A stretch of 64,000 bases of DNA from Octopus sinensis. Taxonomy: Eukaryota. The stretch covers positions 98,146,001 through 98,210,000 of the forward strand of contig NC_043000.1 of the NCBI RefSeq assembly GCF_006345805.1, in the 5' to 3' direction. The stretch's first letter is position 1, and each line of letters begins with the position of its first letter. The position numbers and the translations under genes were made by a program. This document shows, piece by piece, positions 49,143 to 63,031 of the stretch. The notes below the pieces were generated by a model. The model had not been told where the DNA came from. It worked only from the letters and a program-made list of their open reading frames with translations, and did not search any database.

Positions 49143-50003
49143 TATGTCAAAGGAGTCATTCTCTTTTAGTACCTTATTAATTTAATACACTCACTGGTCT
49201 GACTTCCACTCATTTACTTATTTATTTTTACTAAAATTTTGTTGCAATTTGCAACCTTTGCAACAGTCATTGACTCTGTCCATTATTGGAACTGCGTTCC
49301 AATTTTGTTTGTTTGTTTGTGCACATGCATCAGTGTGTGTGCACATACACATATGTATGTGTGTGAGTGTATATGTGTGTACGTTTGTATGTATGTGTGC
49401 ATGTTTGTATGTATTCTGCATATCCATGCACTTGTGTTCATGCTTGTGTGTGTTTTTGTATGTGTGTACCTCTGTCTCCTCGTGCGTGCATGTTTGTGTG
49501 TGTCTGTGTATGGGCTTGTGTGACTATACAGAGTCTACATTATAGACTGTGGGTATTGGGGTATGACACCTAAGTAGAAGGTCACACAAACCTATACAGA
49601 TACACACAAATATGTACACACAAGGAGACTGAGGTACACAAATAAAAACACACATACAAACATGGATATGCAGAATACATACAAATGTGCATACATGCCT
49701 GCATATATATATGCATACACACACACATACAGAGTATATACATGCACACATGCATACATATATATAAGCATACACACGCACAAACATGCATACACATACA
49801 TATGTGGATGTGCACACACACTGATGCACATGCATCCATCCAAAAAAAAAAAAAGGATGCAGTTTCGATAACGGACAGAGTCAACCATTACTGAAAAGGT
49901 TGCAGGACCCAATGAAAATTTTAGTAAAATTAAATGGAAATCAGACTGGAGAGTGTGTAAAATTAATAAGGTACTAAAAGAGAATGACCCTCTTCAGACA
50001 ATA
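49143..50003. repeat. Large imperfect inverted repeat (arms ~49143-49524 and ~49581-50003, ~56-bp spacer)
   Basis: GTCATTCTCTTTTAGTACCTTATTAATTT / AAATTAATAAGGTACTAAAAGAGAATGAC, TGACTCTGTCC / GGACAGAGTCA, GTATTCTGCATATCCATG / CATGGATATGCAGAATAC and others, in mirrored order. Confidence 0.85.
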
Positions 50004-50289
50004 GAATTTTTAAAATGTTATAGCAAGTAATAAATGAAAGTTCATTACAGGATTCCAGTGAATTGATTACTGTATGTGAAGTGCGGTGAAAAATAAATAC
50101 AGTTAAGGACTTCATACAAACAGCACCAATTTTTCATTTTTCTTACCAATATCTATATTCTTTGCCATTATACATTAGCAAAAAATATACAGGAATATCA
50201 TTAGCACAGGCATGGGTATGTGTTTGAGCTGTTCACTTTCCAACCTTATAATTCTGGGTTTGATTCTACTGAGTGAATTTTTGAGCAAA

Positions 50290-50850
50290 TATCTTCAATA
50301 GCCCCAGGTTGTGAAACATGGAACTTTATGGTTAAAACATAAAAAAAAAGAAAGCTGGAGCATTTCCATCAACAAAAGCTCCATGTTATCTTAAACATCA
50401 ACCAAGAGGATTACATAACCAACAATACAGTCTCAAAAAAAGCCAACAGCTGAAGCATAGAATCGATCATGATGAAACTGTCTACAATAGTTAAAATATG
50501 TGGTTAGAATGAAAGAAGAGGGATTTCTTGTCAAATACTTTTCAGTGAATTGACCACTTGGAAAAGACAATAAAAATGTTCTTTCTGCCACGACAAAGGC
50601 CAGCTAAAATCAATCTTCAAAATGGCTGGAACTGAGACAAAAATCTTGGGGAACTGAAGCCTGTAAGTGATGCAAATGGTGTCAACCCCATCACCACCAG
50701 ATCTGACCTCTTTGAAGTCAAAAAAGGAAAAGAAACAAAGATTACAATGTGAGCCAACAATAACCACACCTTCTGCCAACTATTCTTTGTCATTTTTGTC
50801 CCGGCCTATTTTATGTAAGGACTGGCTTTCTCAGCCATCAATGATATCAA
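50290..50850 (+). mobile_element. Decayed RTE-like LINE C-terminal region ending in a zinc-finger-like motif
   Basis: KLEHFHQQKLHVILNIK, VVRMKEERISCQILFSELTTWKR, QLKSIFK, CHFCPGLFYVRTGFLSHQ across frames. Confidence 0.6.
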
Positions 50851-51879
50851 TATGGAGGAATCAGTCAATTTGGGTGCAGCTGTTTGGATGTTGACAATTT
50901 GGTACTGGAGGTAGAAACACAGAGACACACATGTACATATACACATACAAAGAGATTGTGCCAAAGCATCTTCTATCATGTATATAAATATGCATACCCT
51001 CATCTATATACACATGCATACAAACACATTTTCTTTTACACTGCAACCATTCTAGGGGATTGCCCAGAAGGGTTTTGTTCATATTGACTGCAGAACTTAT
51101 TTTACTGTTCACTATTTACTGAATGTTTAAGTTAACTCTTGATGTAAAAAAAATGCAACCCAATGCAGCATCATTTTTGCATTTCAACACACACATGCAT
51201 GCACACATATGACATGGCTTTCCACATACTGTTTCTCTATCAAATTAAAAAACAAGATTTGCTCTTCCTAACTAGCTTTAGTACTTTTCGAGATATAAAT
51301 TTGAAGACTTAAGCAATCAATCAATCAATCAATCAATTAATCAACCAACCAATTGATTAATCAATCAAGACAAAAATAGAGATAACTAATTCCTTGGTAG
51401 TTGAATATGTTGAACTGCTAGGAGAAGAGGATGAAGTGAGAGCAATAAAACCAAGAGAAATTGAAGAAGCAGGTTTAGCAGCTGTTAATCTAAATACTGG
51501 ATGGCTATTGTTACTAGCTAAATAACAACAACAAAGACTACCAACCCCCCATAGGTGTTTTCAGTCTTCCAAATTGTTTAGCTTAGATTAAACTTAAGGT
51601 GATAGCACCTGCTCCCAGCAGTGTTCAGGAAGTAAAGTTCCAGACACCAGCTTAAATAGCATGCTAGAGACCAAATAAGATACAATTAGTGTTTTGATTG
51701 TTCTTTTATTTATTTATTTATTTGTTGGTTTTTATTTTTTGAAACTTCAAATTCTCTTTACATCAATGGCAAATCCTATATGTCTATTTTCTTCTCTATC
51801 TTCCTTATCACTGGCTTTCTCCATTTTGTTATTTTAAATAAAAGTAAAATAAATTTTAAAAAACTTCTTGTCTTTTATT

Positions 51880-52020
51880 AGAGACAGACAGACAGAGAGA
51901 GAGAGGAGAAAAAAACAGAGAGATGGAGAGGAGAGAGAGAAGACTGGTGAGAGAGAAAACAAGAGTGAGGAAAATAAGGGAAAGATAAAACTAAAGAGAA
52001 AAAGAGAGGAAACAGAAAGC

Positions 52021-52089
<69 letters not shown>

Positions 52090-52210
52090 AACAGAAATGC
52101 TAGAAAGGAGGAAATAAAAAGCTAGAGTAAGGTAAAGAGAAAATGAGAAGGAAAGAGAAAAAGAAAGGAGAGAGAGAGAGAGAGAGGAAGGATAAGATGC
52201 AAGAGAGAGT
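51880..52210. repeat. GA-rich low-complexity / (GA)n tract
   Basis: Direct inspection. Confidence 0.9.
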
Positions 52211-53955
52211 TGTCTTGGGAAAGAGTCTAATCAACTTGTCTCTTGTCAAGTGCACAACAGCTTAATTGTCCAGATATTCTATGTGCAGTATGTTCAGGTG
52301 TAAATTGGACTGGTGACTAAGGAATCTCAGAAAATTGATTGGATTCACCTGACTTTTCTATCAAGTGGAATATAAATTAGGAAATAAATTTGCAAATGAA
52401 GTCATATCTATATGTTTAGTAGCTGAGAGGTGAAGAAAGTCATTTTACAACCATGTGGTTCTTATGGGCATGTGTCTTCTACTGTAGTTACAAGTTAGTG
52501 AATGCTTTGAGTGGAATTTGATAGATGGAAACTATGTAGAAGTCCACCATGTATATATATATGTCTTTTATGTTTTACCTGTTTCAGTTATTAGACTGCA
52601 GCCACGCTGGAGTACCGCTTTGATCTTTTAGTTGAATGAATCAACCCTAGTACTTATTTTTTAAGCCAGGTACTTCTGGTGAACCACTAAGTTATGGGGA
52701 TATAAACACACCAACACTGGTTGTCAAGTGGTGATGGGGGAACAAACACAGTCATACACATATATATATATATATAGAATGGGTTTCTTTCAGTTTCCAT
52801 CTACCTAATCCACTCATAAGGCTTTGGTCAGCTTGAAGCTATAGTAGAAGACATTTGCCCAAGGTTCCATGCAGTGGGACTGAACCTGGAACCATGTGGT
52901 TGGGAAGCCAGCTTCTTACTACACACATCACTCCTGCACCAATCACATTGGATTTAGATTGCCCATGTTCAGTCCACTGTAGGACAAAGGCAGGCCTCAG
53001 CATGTTTTCTCCTCCAAACACGGTTTGATATGTAGGTTGTGAATTAGTTTGAGATCATACTGGTTCGATGAACCTACTCTGTCACACTGGCTCAACATGG
53101 CTTGGCTGAGTGGGTGCAGTTTTGTTTCTTACACTCATACCCAGGAGTAGTTATGTCAATCACACTGACCCCAGTGCTCAACTGGTACTTATTTTATTGA
53201 CGCTGAAAGGATGAAAGGCTAAGTCAATGTTGGTGGAATTTGAATACTGCTAATGATTCTGCCAGATTGCTTTATATATGTGTGTGTGTATCTGTGCAGG
53301 TGATTGAGAAATTTGCTTTCTAACCACAGTGTCAGAATCAATCCCATTGTGTGGAACCTTGGGCAAGTGCCTTCTACTATAGCCCATGGCTAACCAAAGC
53401 CCTGTGAGTGGACTTGGAAGATGGTAGTTGAAAGCAGCACATTGTGTGTGCAGGTTTGGATGTGTGATTTAGAAGTTTGCTTTCCACCCACAGGGTGTCA
53501 GAATCAGTCACATTTTGTGGCAACTCATGCAAGTGTTTTCTACTATAGCCCTTGGCCAACCAAAGCTTTGTGAGTGGATTGTGGATTTGGAAGATGGTAG
53601 CTGAAAGCAGGACATTGTGTATGTACACTGTGCTTGTGTCTCCCTGTATTGACATCACATGACACTTGTAAATGACTGTCACTGTCATTCATTTCCAATA
53701 TTCTGTGTTTTCACGTTTAATCATTTTAAATGTATATCATGACTCATAAACTGTTTACTTTCCAGACTTTTATACATAATTCTATGTACTGTACATGCAC
53801 CATTGATGAGTTGTAGTGCACCAGAGCACTATACACAACAATTTCATTATTATCATAATTATTATTTAAATATTTTTTATATTTTCTTATTAGACTTCTA
53901 TATTTAATGTTTCAAATGTTGCTCTCATCACCTTAAAACATCATACCACTAGCCT

Positions 53956-54000
53956 TCCATTCTGATGATAGGGTTGAGATGGTCCTGAAATGCTGATGGG
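53956..54000 (+). ncRNA. Minimal type I hammerhead ribozyme-like motif (stem III eroded)
   Basis: TCCATT-CTGATGA-T-AGGGTT(GAGAT)GGTCCT-GAAA-TGCT-GATGGG: 6-bp stem I, 6-bp stem II, both core boxes intact. Confidence 0.7.
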
Positions 54001-56368
54001 CATTAGAAACATTATTCCAAACTAAATATAAAGAACTCATAAAGAAAAATGAAAAATCTTTAATAAAAAAAGAGATCCAACTTGAACAAAGTTGTCTCTT
54101 CAATATAATGTGTGTGTATGTATGTGGGTGTGTAAAGTGGCAAGCTGGCACAATTGTTAGCATGCAGGTCAAAATGCTTAGCAACATGTGTCTTCACAGT
54201 TTGAGTTCAAATTCCTCAGTAGTCGACTTTGCTTTTCATCCTTTTGGGGTCAATAAAATAAGTACCAGTTGAGCACTAGGGTTGATATAATCAACTTAAC
54301 CCCATCCCTGAAATTGCTGGCCTTGTGCCAAAATATGAAGCCTATATATGTGTGTGTGTATGTATCTGATGTCAGTGTTTATTTACTAGTGTAAATCTAT
54401 GGGGTATTCTTTTATGTCAGTATGGGATTTAGTGGTTTCTTAAAATAAGTATCAAGCTGAATTAAGTACTATCTGAGTTGATATGATCATCTAAAATCCT
54501 TGAAGGCAGTGGCACAGGCATAAGTCTTTTAAGTAGCTTGAAACGAGGATCAATCTGATTAGTTTCACCATATTTATAGAAGGCCAGGGTTTACTTTCTT
54601 CTCCTTTCCAAGAAGCCAAATGACAGTACCAAAAATCTACTTAATGTAAAGAAAATTGTGAATAGTGCAACATATTTAGATAATACTTTGGTTTGCCTTG
54701 GGACCTCGACTTCTCGATAGGTTCCATGGGACACAGTCCTAACAAATAGTGTGTCTTGAGTATTTTTATACCTGGTGGAAAACATCCCTCTCTAGGCTTG
54801 ACCACAGCTGTTTTCTTCCAGAGAGAAAAGAAAAGAGAAGAATTGACTCAACACAAGAGTGGTTCTTTACTCATCAACCCCGAAAGGATGAAAAGAGATA
54901 AAGTTGATCTCAGCAGTACTTGAACTCAGAGTATAGAGAAATGGAACAAGTACTGTAATGCAATCTATCTAATGGCCTATTGAAGGACTGATATAAATAC
55001 TGGAGAACCACTACATCCAATACAGTGTAAATTATTGTTAGAGTTTAAGCCTGCTCCTGCAATCTAACTCCTATAGTTTATTACACACTCCCTGTCTTTC
55101 AACACTATTATTTGTTATGCACCTATAGACTAACTACCCCAGCTAACATAGATATAAGAAACAAGCCCCAAACAGAATATTACTAGTTTTCTGGGGTTCT
55201 ACCGTTTCACTGTGTTTAGTAACCATATAAAGCACACAGTATAAGTTCATTAATTACAAACAAAAGTAAAGTAAATAAATAATTATAATATAAATTCAGA
55301 TTAATAAAATATTACTAGAACCTGTTGAAAACAATACAACAGTTTAAATTCAAAAAGAAAAAAAATTGAAAATTCATTTGGAGTTGTATTTTTTCTGGAG
55401 TGTTTGATTCTTGTGATATCTTCTATCTTTTACTTGTTTCAACCATTAGACTGTGGCCATACTGGTGTACTGCCTTGAAGAATTTTTAGTTGAATGAATT
55501 AGCCACAATATTTTTTTTTAAAGCCAGGTACTAATTCTGTCGATCTCTTTGCTGAACTGTTAAGTTATAGGAACGTAAAAACACCAACATCGACTGTCAA
55601 GCAATCGTGGGCACACACAAAGACACAGACACACGTGTGTGTGTCTGTGTGTGTGTGTATATATACATATATATATAGGAAATAGCGGCGCAAAGTACCA
55701 ATTTATATATATATGATGGGGTTCTTTCAATTTCTGTCTACCAAATCAACTCACAAGGCTTTGGTCAGCCTGAGAAGATAGTAGAAGATACTTGCCCAAG
55801 GTGCCATGCAGTAGGACTGTACCTGAAACCATGTGGTTGGGAAGCAAGCATCTTACCACACAGCCATGCCTATGTTGAGATGTTTTAAGTTTCTCATAGA
55901 TAGTTTTGAAGGTGCAAACTTAGGAGAAAATATCTTTGAAAATGAACTTTTAATATACAATCTACTTGAGATTGTCTCAGTTTCTAAGATACAAACTTCC
56001 TGTTTAATGAGGTCAAAATTAAAATATGCCTTCAAAATTTCATATTAATTTATGTTCCAAGCACTAGCTAAACAATATTTTTATTAAATTCTTTGTATTT
56101 TAAAAATTAATTCAAACACAAGCTGTATACTTTAACAGAATTATGATAACAAAAGGATTAAACAATCTTAGCTATTGGATGAAATCAAAACCACAATCTT
56201 TTTCCAGTGTATATCTAACACTTTAGTAACTCTTGAAATGTTGTACATCCTTATTTTCATATCAGAGAAAAAAGTGCATGTGGCTGAACTGGAACCCACA
56301 ATCCCAGCAAATAATAATAGCTGCTTTGCAGAGCTGTACAGTCTCTCTCTTTCTCCCTTGCTCTCCCT

Positions 56369-56405
<37 letters not shown>

Positions 56406-56486
56406 CACACACACACAGACATATATATATCACAATATAAAATAGTTATTTCCTAGTCAATTTGTCTTATGAATGAATGCAGTATT

Positions 56487-56551
56487 AAACTTAGATATGT
56501 TTCGACCAAAGATTGGTCCAAGCCATGTCTAACTTAATAGCACCACCTGAT
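56487..56551 (-). mobile_element. Extremely 5'-truncated copy (3' end only) of the LINE at 9722-10597
   Basis: Reverse complement matches 10533-10597 with one mismatch; a more decayed plus-strand copy lies at ~60630-60690. Confidence 0.85.
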
Positions 56552-58837
56552 CGTTATGATAGATTATGCCTGCAATTTTATTCCATAATTAAGCATTGCA
56601 AATAGCTTGTAGCAGAAATAATGCTACAGCTTAAAACAAGAAATTGGTTTACTACATCTAGCATTTGCAGATTCATCTAATACCCAAGCTGAACATACAA
56701 ACTAAAGACTGCCTAGATACGTGAGGAGTGTAATTGCACATTTTGGCTACAGTTTGACTCAGCCCTCCTACCCTCTCTTGCACATATACATACACAGTAC
56801 CTGCCGCTTACTTGTTTACCTCCCCACCTTTCTTCTTACAAACATTAGTAACACACCTAAATATTACTGCCATACTAGCTTAGTATCACTTTCTTCGTCC
56901 AATCTAATTCAAGCTCCAAGAACACTTATGTAATAAAGTAATAAAAATATATGAACTTATATCCGTATGCATTCAGTTTCACTGTGAAATTAGGCCTACA
57001 TTGGCCTTTTCAGCAGACTGAGATAAGAGGTTGCTTATTCAAGGCTTGTCCTGGCTCTAATCAACAACCACCACCTCACATAGCCAAGGTGTGGGTTACA
57101 GCTACATTTTTATATGAAAGAATGAGATCATGTACATTGATCATGAGGCATCACAATTACACTATATAATGTTTTTCTTTCTTTAATCTTATATTGTTCA
57201 CTTTTCAAATTGATCATCACAGCTTTAAACATACACAATAAAGAAATTAGCTACATAGTGAAAAATAGTGTTCTCTCACTGCTTGACTGACAGTCCAACA
57301 TTGATGATTATTTGAGACAAGTGTGATGTCCTCTTAAGTGGAACATATGCTAGAGTGTCTTATGATTGATTAAACACTATATTCTGTTTTTTTTTGTTGT
57401 AATTTTGTTTCATTCACTCATGTTAGAGAGGGTAAAATTGTTCAACCCACTAGAAATACCACCCATATTTTAAAAGTGGGAAGACTCATTGGATAAAAAA
57501 GTCTTAGAAAGATTGTCAGAATAAAAAAGATTGGATGGACACGGCTGGAATGCTTTCCATAGTCAATCTGTTTCATCTGAGCTGGTCTGGGGTTAAACAA
57601 GTATATTTATTACAATGTGTGAGAGAGAGAGAGTTATTGGCAGGGGGCTGGTATATAAGCAGATGCTACCAACATCTTGTTGGATTAAAGTTAAATTTTA
57701 ATGATATAGAATCAAAGACAACTGTGGAGTTTTCTTCTGTTGCAAAAGATTTGATATAATACTAATATTCAATCTTTTGTAATCTTTTATTATTATTTTA
57801 GAGATGGAAATACCCAAGTTGATAAAATACTGGGCTACAAAACATAGGTCATAAGCTCAAATCCTGCAGCAAGCACTATGTTGCGTTTCTGGGTGAAATA
57901 TTATTCCACATGATTTTAGCCCACTTAGTTGTCAACAATAATAAATATTATCTAATACAGACTGGTATCGTTACCCAGGATAAAAGCTCTCTTTCTCATT
58001 GTTCTGTTTGAAACAAAAGAAAATTTCCGAAATGCACGGAAGTTTCCAAAAGAACCAAAGCTTCTGATGACGAGATGCCAACTCTTGAGGATCTTGTAAT
58101 AGTGATCTTTTTCATGTTAAAATTTTTCATGGTTTAGTCAGAGGAGGTAAGTAAGCATCCATTGCCTTTTGCAAAACTTTTGAGACTGGTGGGAAGGAGA
58201 TGGAGGGAAGGAAGAAAGCATAACTTAAGGGATGAGGAGTATCAAGATATTCAGTTATTCTCAGATTAGAGATTTAGTTTGGATGCTTGCAACAGAATCA
58301 ACTCTGTTAAAGGTGCTGATGTTAGAAAAAAACAAGTGTTAAGTTTACCATCCTAAAGTATAGGCCATTTTTTTTAATTGCGTTTCCATAATTTTCACAG
58401 ACCAAATTTCAATTATGTTTGGAGTTGATCTGAGGTATAGTAAAGGAATCTGAAAAAGGTGCCATAGAGTGGGGGAGTTTGGAAGGGCATCCAAACTGTA
58501 AAAACCATGCCAAAGCAGACATAGGAGGTTGATGCTGTCCTTGGACACATTGGATTTTGTCAAACTGTCCAACACATGCCAGCATAGAACAGTGATGTTG
58601 AATAATGATGATGACGATAACATTTAGGAAATAAAATTTGTAAGGAGTGAATCTCATCATTATCACTCTTTTAACATTCACTTCTCCATGCTTGCATGAG
58701 TCAGGCAGAAGTTGCTGAGGTGGATTTTCTGTTGCCAGATCCTCTTCCTGTCACCAACTCTCACCTGTTTCCAAGAAATGTAATATTTCCTCATGACTAG
58801 ATATGTTTTCACAGAAGACTGGAAATGAAGGATACCT

Positions 58838-59069
58838 ATTTCTTTACTACCCACAAGGGGCTAAACACTGAGAGGACAAACAAGGACAGACAAACGGATT
58901 AAGTTGATTATATCGACCCCAGTGCGTAACTGGTACTTATTTAATCGACCCCGAAAGGATGAAAGGCAAAGTCGACCTCAGTGGAATTTGAACTCAAAAC
59001 GTAGCGGCAGACGAAATACAGCTAAGCATTTCACCCGGTGTGCTAACGTTTTCTGCCAGCTTGCCGCCC
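58838..59069 (-). mobile_element. Young OK-like SINE subfamily copy
   Basis: CpGs retained: ATCGACCCCGAAAGGATGAAAGGCAAAGTCGACC..GCCAGCTTGCCGCC. Confidence 0.8.
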
Positions 59070-59954
59070 TCATGATGGTGACTCATTTACAACTATCACA
59101 TGGTGTCAAGGTAGTGAAATTGTAACACACACACACATATAAAAGACACTACTTCAGTTTCTGTCACAAGAGTTTGTGTAACTTGGAGCTATAGCAGAAG
59201 ACACTTACCTAAAATATCATGCAGTGGGATTGAACTCAAAACCATGTGATTGGGAAGCAAACTTCTTACCACACAGCCATGCCTGCACTTATTGTATCTA
59301 AATTAATAAACTTATTTTACTAGCTTTAGAATTATCAAAATCTGTACATCGGTACTTGAGATAAAGAACTAAGAAGGACAAAAAAATTACCACAGCCAAA
59401 GTACTTTTGTTGGTTTATAGTTTGTTAATATGTCAATATCCTTTAATAAACAAGTGATACTTGTGAAAATATATTTATCACAGATTCATCTTGTTTTATG
59501 TCCATTTCCATGCTGCATTGTTCCTTTGTTTTCTAGCTTCAATAACAGATTCTTAATGACAGCACTTTTTTCTCTTTACTAACAGGGTGGATACTTCCAG
59601 CGTGTGTTTTAGTTAGTTTTTCTTGTGAAAGAAAAAATAAAAAATCCTTCTTATTTCCCAGTTTGTGTATCATACAGGATGTTCTGACAATAGCTGTATA
59701 TCAATTATGTACTTGCCTGATTTAATACTCCACTGAAAAAAAGACAAGTTACAGGTGTGGCTTGTGGTTAAAAAGCTTGATTCCTAAGCTTCAGTTCCTC
59801 AGTCCCACAGAATAACACTTGAAGTATGTGTCTTCTACAAGTAGTCCCTGGCTGACCAAAGCCTTGTAAGTGGATTTGGTAGATGGAAACTGAAAGAAGC
59901 CGGTCATATATATACATGCGTGTGGGTGTGCACTCTTGTGTTTGACATCATCTG

Positions 59955-60248
59955 TGGAGGCATATGGCATAGTGGTTAGAGCAGCGGACTCACGGTCAAG
60001 GGATCGCGGGTTCGAATCTCAGACCGGGCGATGTGTGTGTTTATGAGCGAAACACCTAAGCTTCACGTGGCTCCGGCAGAAGGTAATGGCGAACTTCCGC
60101 TGACTCTTTCGCCACAACTTACTCTCACTCTTTCCTCCTGCATCTTGCAGCTCACCTGTGATGGACCGGCATCCCGTCCAGGTGGGGAACCTATACGTCA
60201 AGGAAACCGGCCCTTATGAGCCAGGCATGGCTTGAGAAGGAACAAATA
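59955..60248 (+). mobile_element. tRNA-derived SINE with a 10-bp TSD, nested in another SINE
   Basis: A box TGGCATAGTGG, B box GGTTCGAATC; TSD ACATCATCTG at 59945-59954 and 60249-60258. Confidence 0.85.
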
Positions 60249-60684
60249 ACATCATCTGATGGTTGTAAATGAGTATCACTATCATACAAACAATGTTGTT
60301 TGTTTCCATTCTTCTGTGGGATATGTGTGTCCTTGGGAAATATTACCTTGCTTGGAAACAGGTGAGTATTGGCAACAAGAAGGACATCAGGTCAGAAAAT
60401 CTGTCCCAATAAATTCTGTTCGAATCTTGCAAGCATAGAAAAATGAATGTTGAAAACTGCAAGTGAATAGTTTAGCAGATTTCACTGATTTGCATTCATT
60501 TTCTCCACACTGGCAGGGGTTGGATGGCTTCTGAAAACATGGATATTTGTATAACATTATGAAGCTAGATAAGCCTTTAGAATGCTAACAATTTCAACAA
60601 AGAACAATTTCCAAGATGAGCTTACTATAGCTGGTGCTATTAAGTTAGACATGGCATGGACAAATAATAGCCAAAACCTATCAA

Positions 60685-60721
<37 letters not shown>

Positions 60722-61883
60722 CTTGTTTCACTCATTAGACTATGGCCATGCTGGGGCACCACCTTGAAAAATTTTAATTGAATGAATTGACCCCAGTACT
60801 TTTTATTTTTCAAACCTGGTATTTATTCTGTCAGTCACTTTTGGGTATTCATAACTTATTGGGAATTCCTAAAAACAAGATCTTGTGTAAGACAGCTTGG
60901 TATTCTCGCACAAAAACCGTTTTAAGGGCTACATACTTTGTATTGTTATTGGATTGGCAAAACAATTATGAGAATGGAACCAAGGGATAAGCCCCGCTTT
61001 CCCAGGAATTACTGGGTACATCAGCTAGTATATACATACACATACATATATATACATGCATGCTCATGTGCATCCGTAAATGTATTCATACAGGCATACG
61101 CATATACATACGCAGAGGTGCACACGCACTTACACAGTCACGTACACACGCATACAGGTATGTCAACAAGGATTCCCCTTGATCTGATCAATGGAACAGG
61201 CTGCCCAGGAAATTAACATACATGCAACTGAGCACTTCACAGAATGTGACAAGGCTAACCTTTTGAAATACAGGTAGAACTCAGGTTTACAATCTGAGTC
61301 TTCTGAAGCAACGTGAAATAAAGTGTTGATTTTCTTTACAGTTTGGTACAAAATCTGATTGTCTTGCTGTAGCACTAAGTTATGGGGACATTAACAAACT
61401 AACACTGGATGTCAAGTGGTGGTGGGGGGATAAAGAGACACAAAGATGCATACACATACATATGGCAGGCTTCCACACAGTTTCTCTATCAAATTCATTT
61501 ACAGGCCACTGGTCAGTCTGAAGCTATAGTAGAAGATACTTGCTCAAGATGCACTGTGGGAGTGAGGCTGAAACCACATAGATAAAATGCAAGCTTCTTA
61601 TTTCTTTATTGCCACAAGGGGCTAAACATAGAGGGGACAAACAAGGACAGACAAAGGGATTAAGTCGATAACAAAGGGATTAAGTCGTGCTCACGTTTCT
61701 GCCAGCTCGCCGCCTTCTAACCACACAGTTATGCCTGTACTTATATCATTAAATATACTTATTTCTATAAGTAAAACAGTTCTTGATTAATATTCTTATT
61801 TCTGTGAATTCACAATTATTCTTCAACAAATCAGTCCTTGAAGAAGTGAAACAGAAAGTTTCCACCAGCAGAATATGAACTCA

Positions 61884-63031
61884 TATGTATGAGGGGATGA
61901 AGACAAAAGTTAGAATTGGACCAGAGCTGTTGGAGGAGTTTGTGGTGAAAGTTGATGTGCATGAGGGATCTGTGTTGTCACCGTTGTTTGCAATAGTGGT
62001 TGATGTGATGACGGAGAGTGCAAGAGCAGGATTGAAAATGGAGATAAGGTATGCGGTTGACCTTGTTCTGATGAGTGAGATGATGGAGGGATTGAGGGAG
62101 TTTTGGAAATAGAAGGAGGCATTTGAAAGCAAGGGTTTGAAGGTAAACCTCAGGAAGACAAAGGTGATGGTGAGCAGGGCGGAAAGAAAAGTTAGTGAGT
62201 AATGTGAATCCATGTAGTGTATGTGGGAGGAGGGTAATGGCAAATGCGGTGTTGTGAACGAGATGTGAGAAATGGATTCATGGTAGGTGTACAAAAATGA
62301 AGAAAGTGACTGCAAGACTGGCAAGAGAGTTTGTTTGTGGAAGACATGAGAAAGGAACTAGAGGGCTGGCAGAACCAGTGGAAACACCATGTGATGAGGC
62401 GGAAATGGTGAGAGGGTTTTGTTATTTGGGAGATATGGTGGATGTAAGTGGTGGATATGAAGCAGCTGTGACAGCAAAAGTGAAACTTGGCTGGGTGAAG
62501 TTCAGGGAATGTGGAGCATTGTTATATGGGAAAAGGTTCTCATTAAAGATGAAAGGAAGGGTCTATAAGAGTTGTGTGAGAGCTGCAATGCTGTATGGGA
62601 GTGAGTCATGATGTCTGAGGGAGAGAGAAATGGTAATTTTGAGAAGTACTGAGAGAGCAATGGTGAGAGAAATGTGTGGGGCGAAGCTGTTTGATAAGAG
62701 GAGGATTGAGGATTTGATGGGAATGCTGGGGTTGGAGAAATCGGTGGAATGGTTGGCAAGAGTGAATGGAGTGAGGTGGTGTGGGCATGTGTTGAGGAGG
62801 GATGAAGAGCATGTTCTGAGGAGGGTGATAGCGCAAGAGTGAAGTGGACTGAGGAAAGGGTGGAGGAGACAGGTGGAGGAAGAGATTGGGAGGGTTGGTT
62901 TGAAAAAGGACACCCAAAACCGGGCAAGATTGTGAGATGGTGTGAAGGCAATTGCTATGGCATTGAGGTAGATCCAGCCACCCCCGTTAATGGGGACAAA
63001 ACTTGGATTTAAAACAGTGGATGATGATGAT
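61884..63031 (+). mobile_element. 5'-truncated RTE-clade LINE (RT domains 4-7 and C-terminus) with a (GAT)n tail
   Basis: VKVDVHEGSVLSPLF, RYAVDLVL (decayed YADD), GLKVNLRKTKVM, FCYLGD, VYKSCVRAAMLYGSE, RWCGHVLRR; several stops and frameshifts. Confidence 0.88.

Noticed and set aside
58064-58095. CTGATGA-C-GAG..CTC hairpin
   Set aside because: No GAAA and no stem I partner
59955-60130. Possible tRNA gene or HDV-like ribozyme in the SINE head (also 36678, 16079)
   Set aside because: No complete cloverleaf or acceptor stem, and the heads continue into repeat bodies; the HDV P1/P2 pairing does not fit the canonical topology
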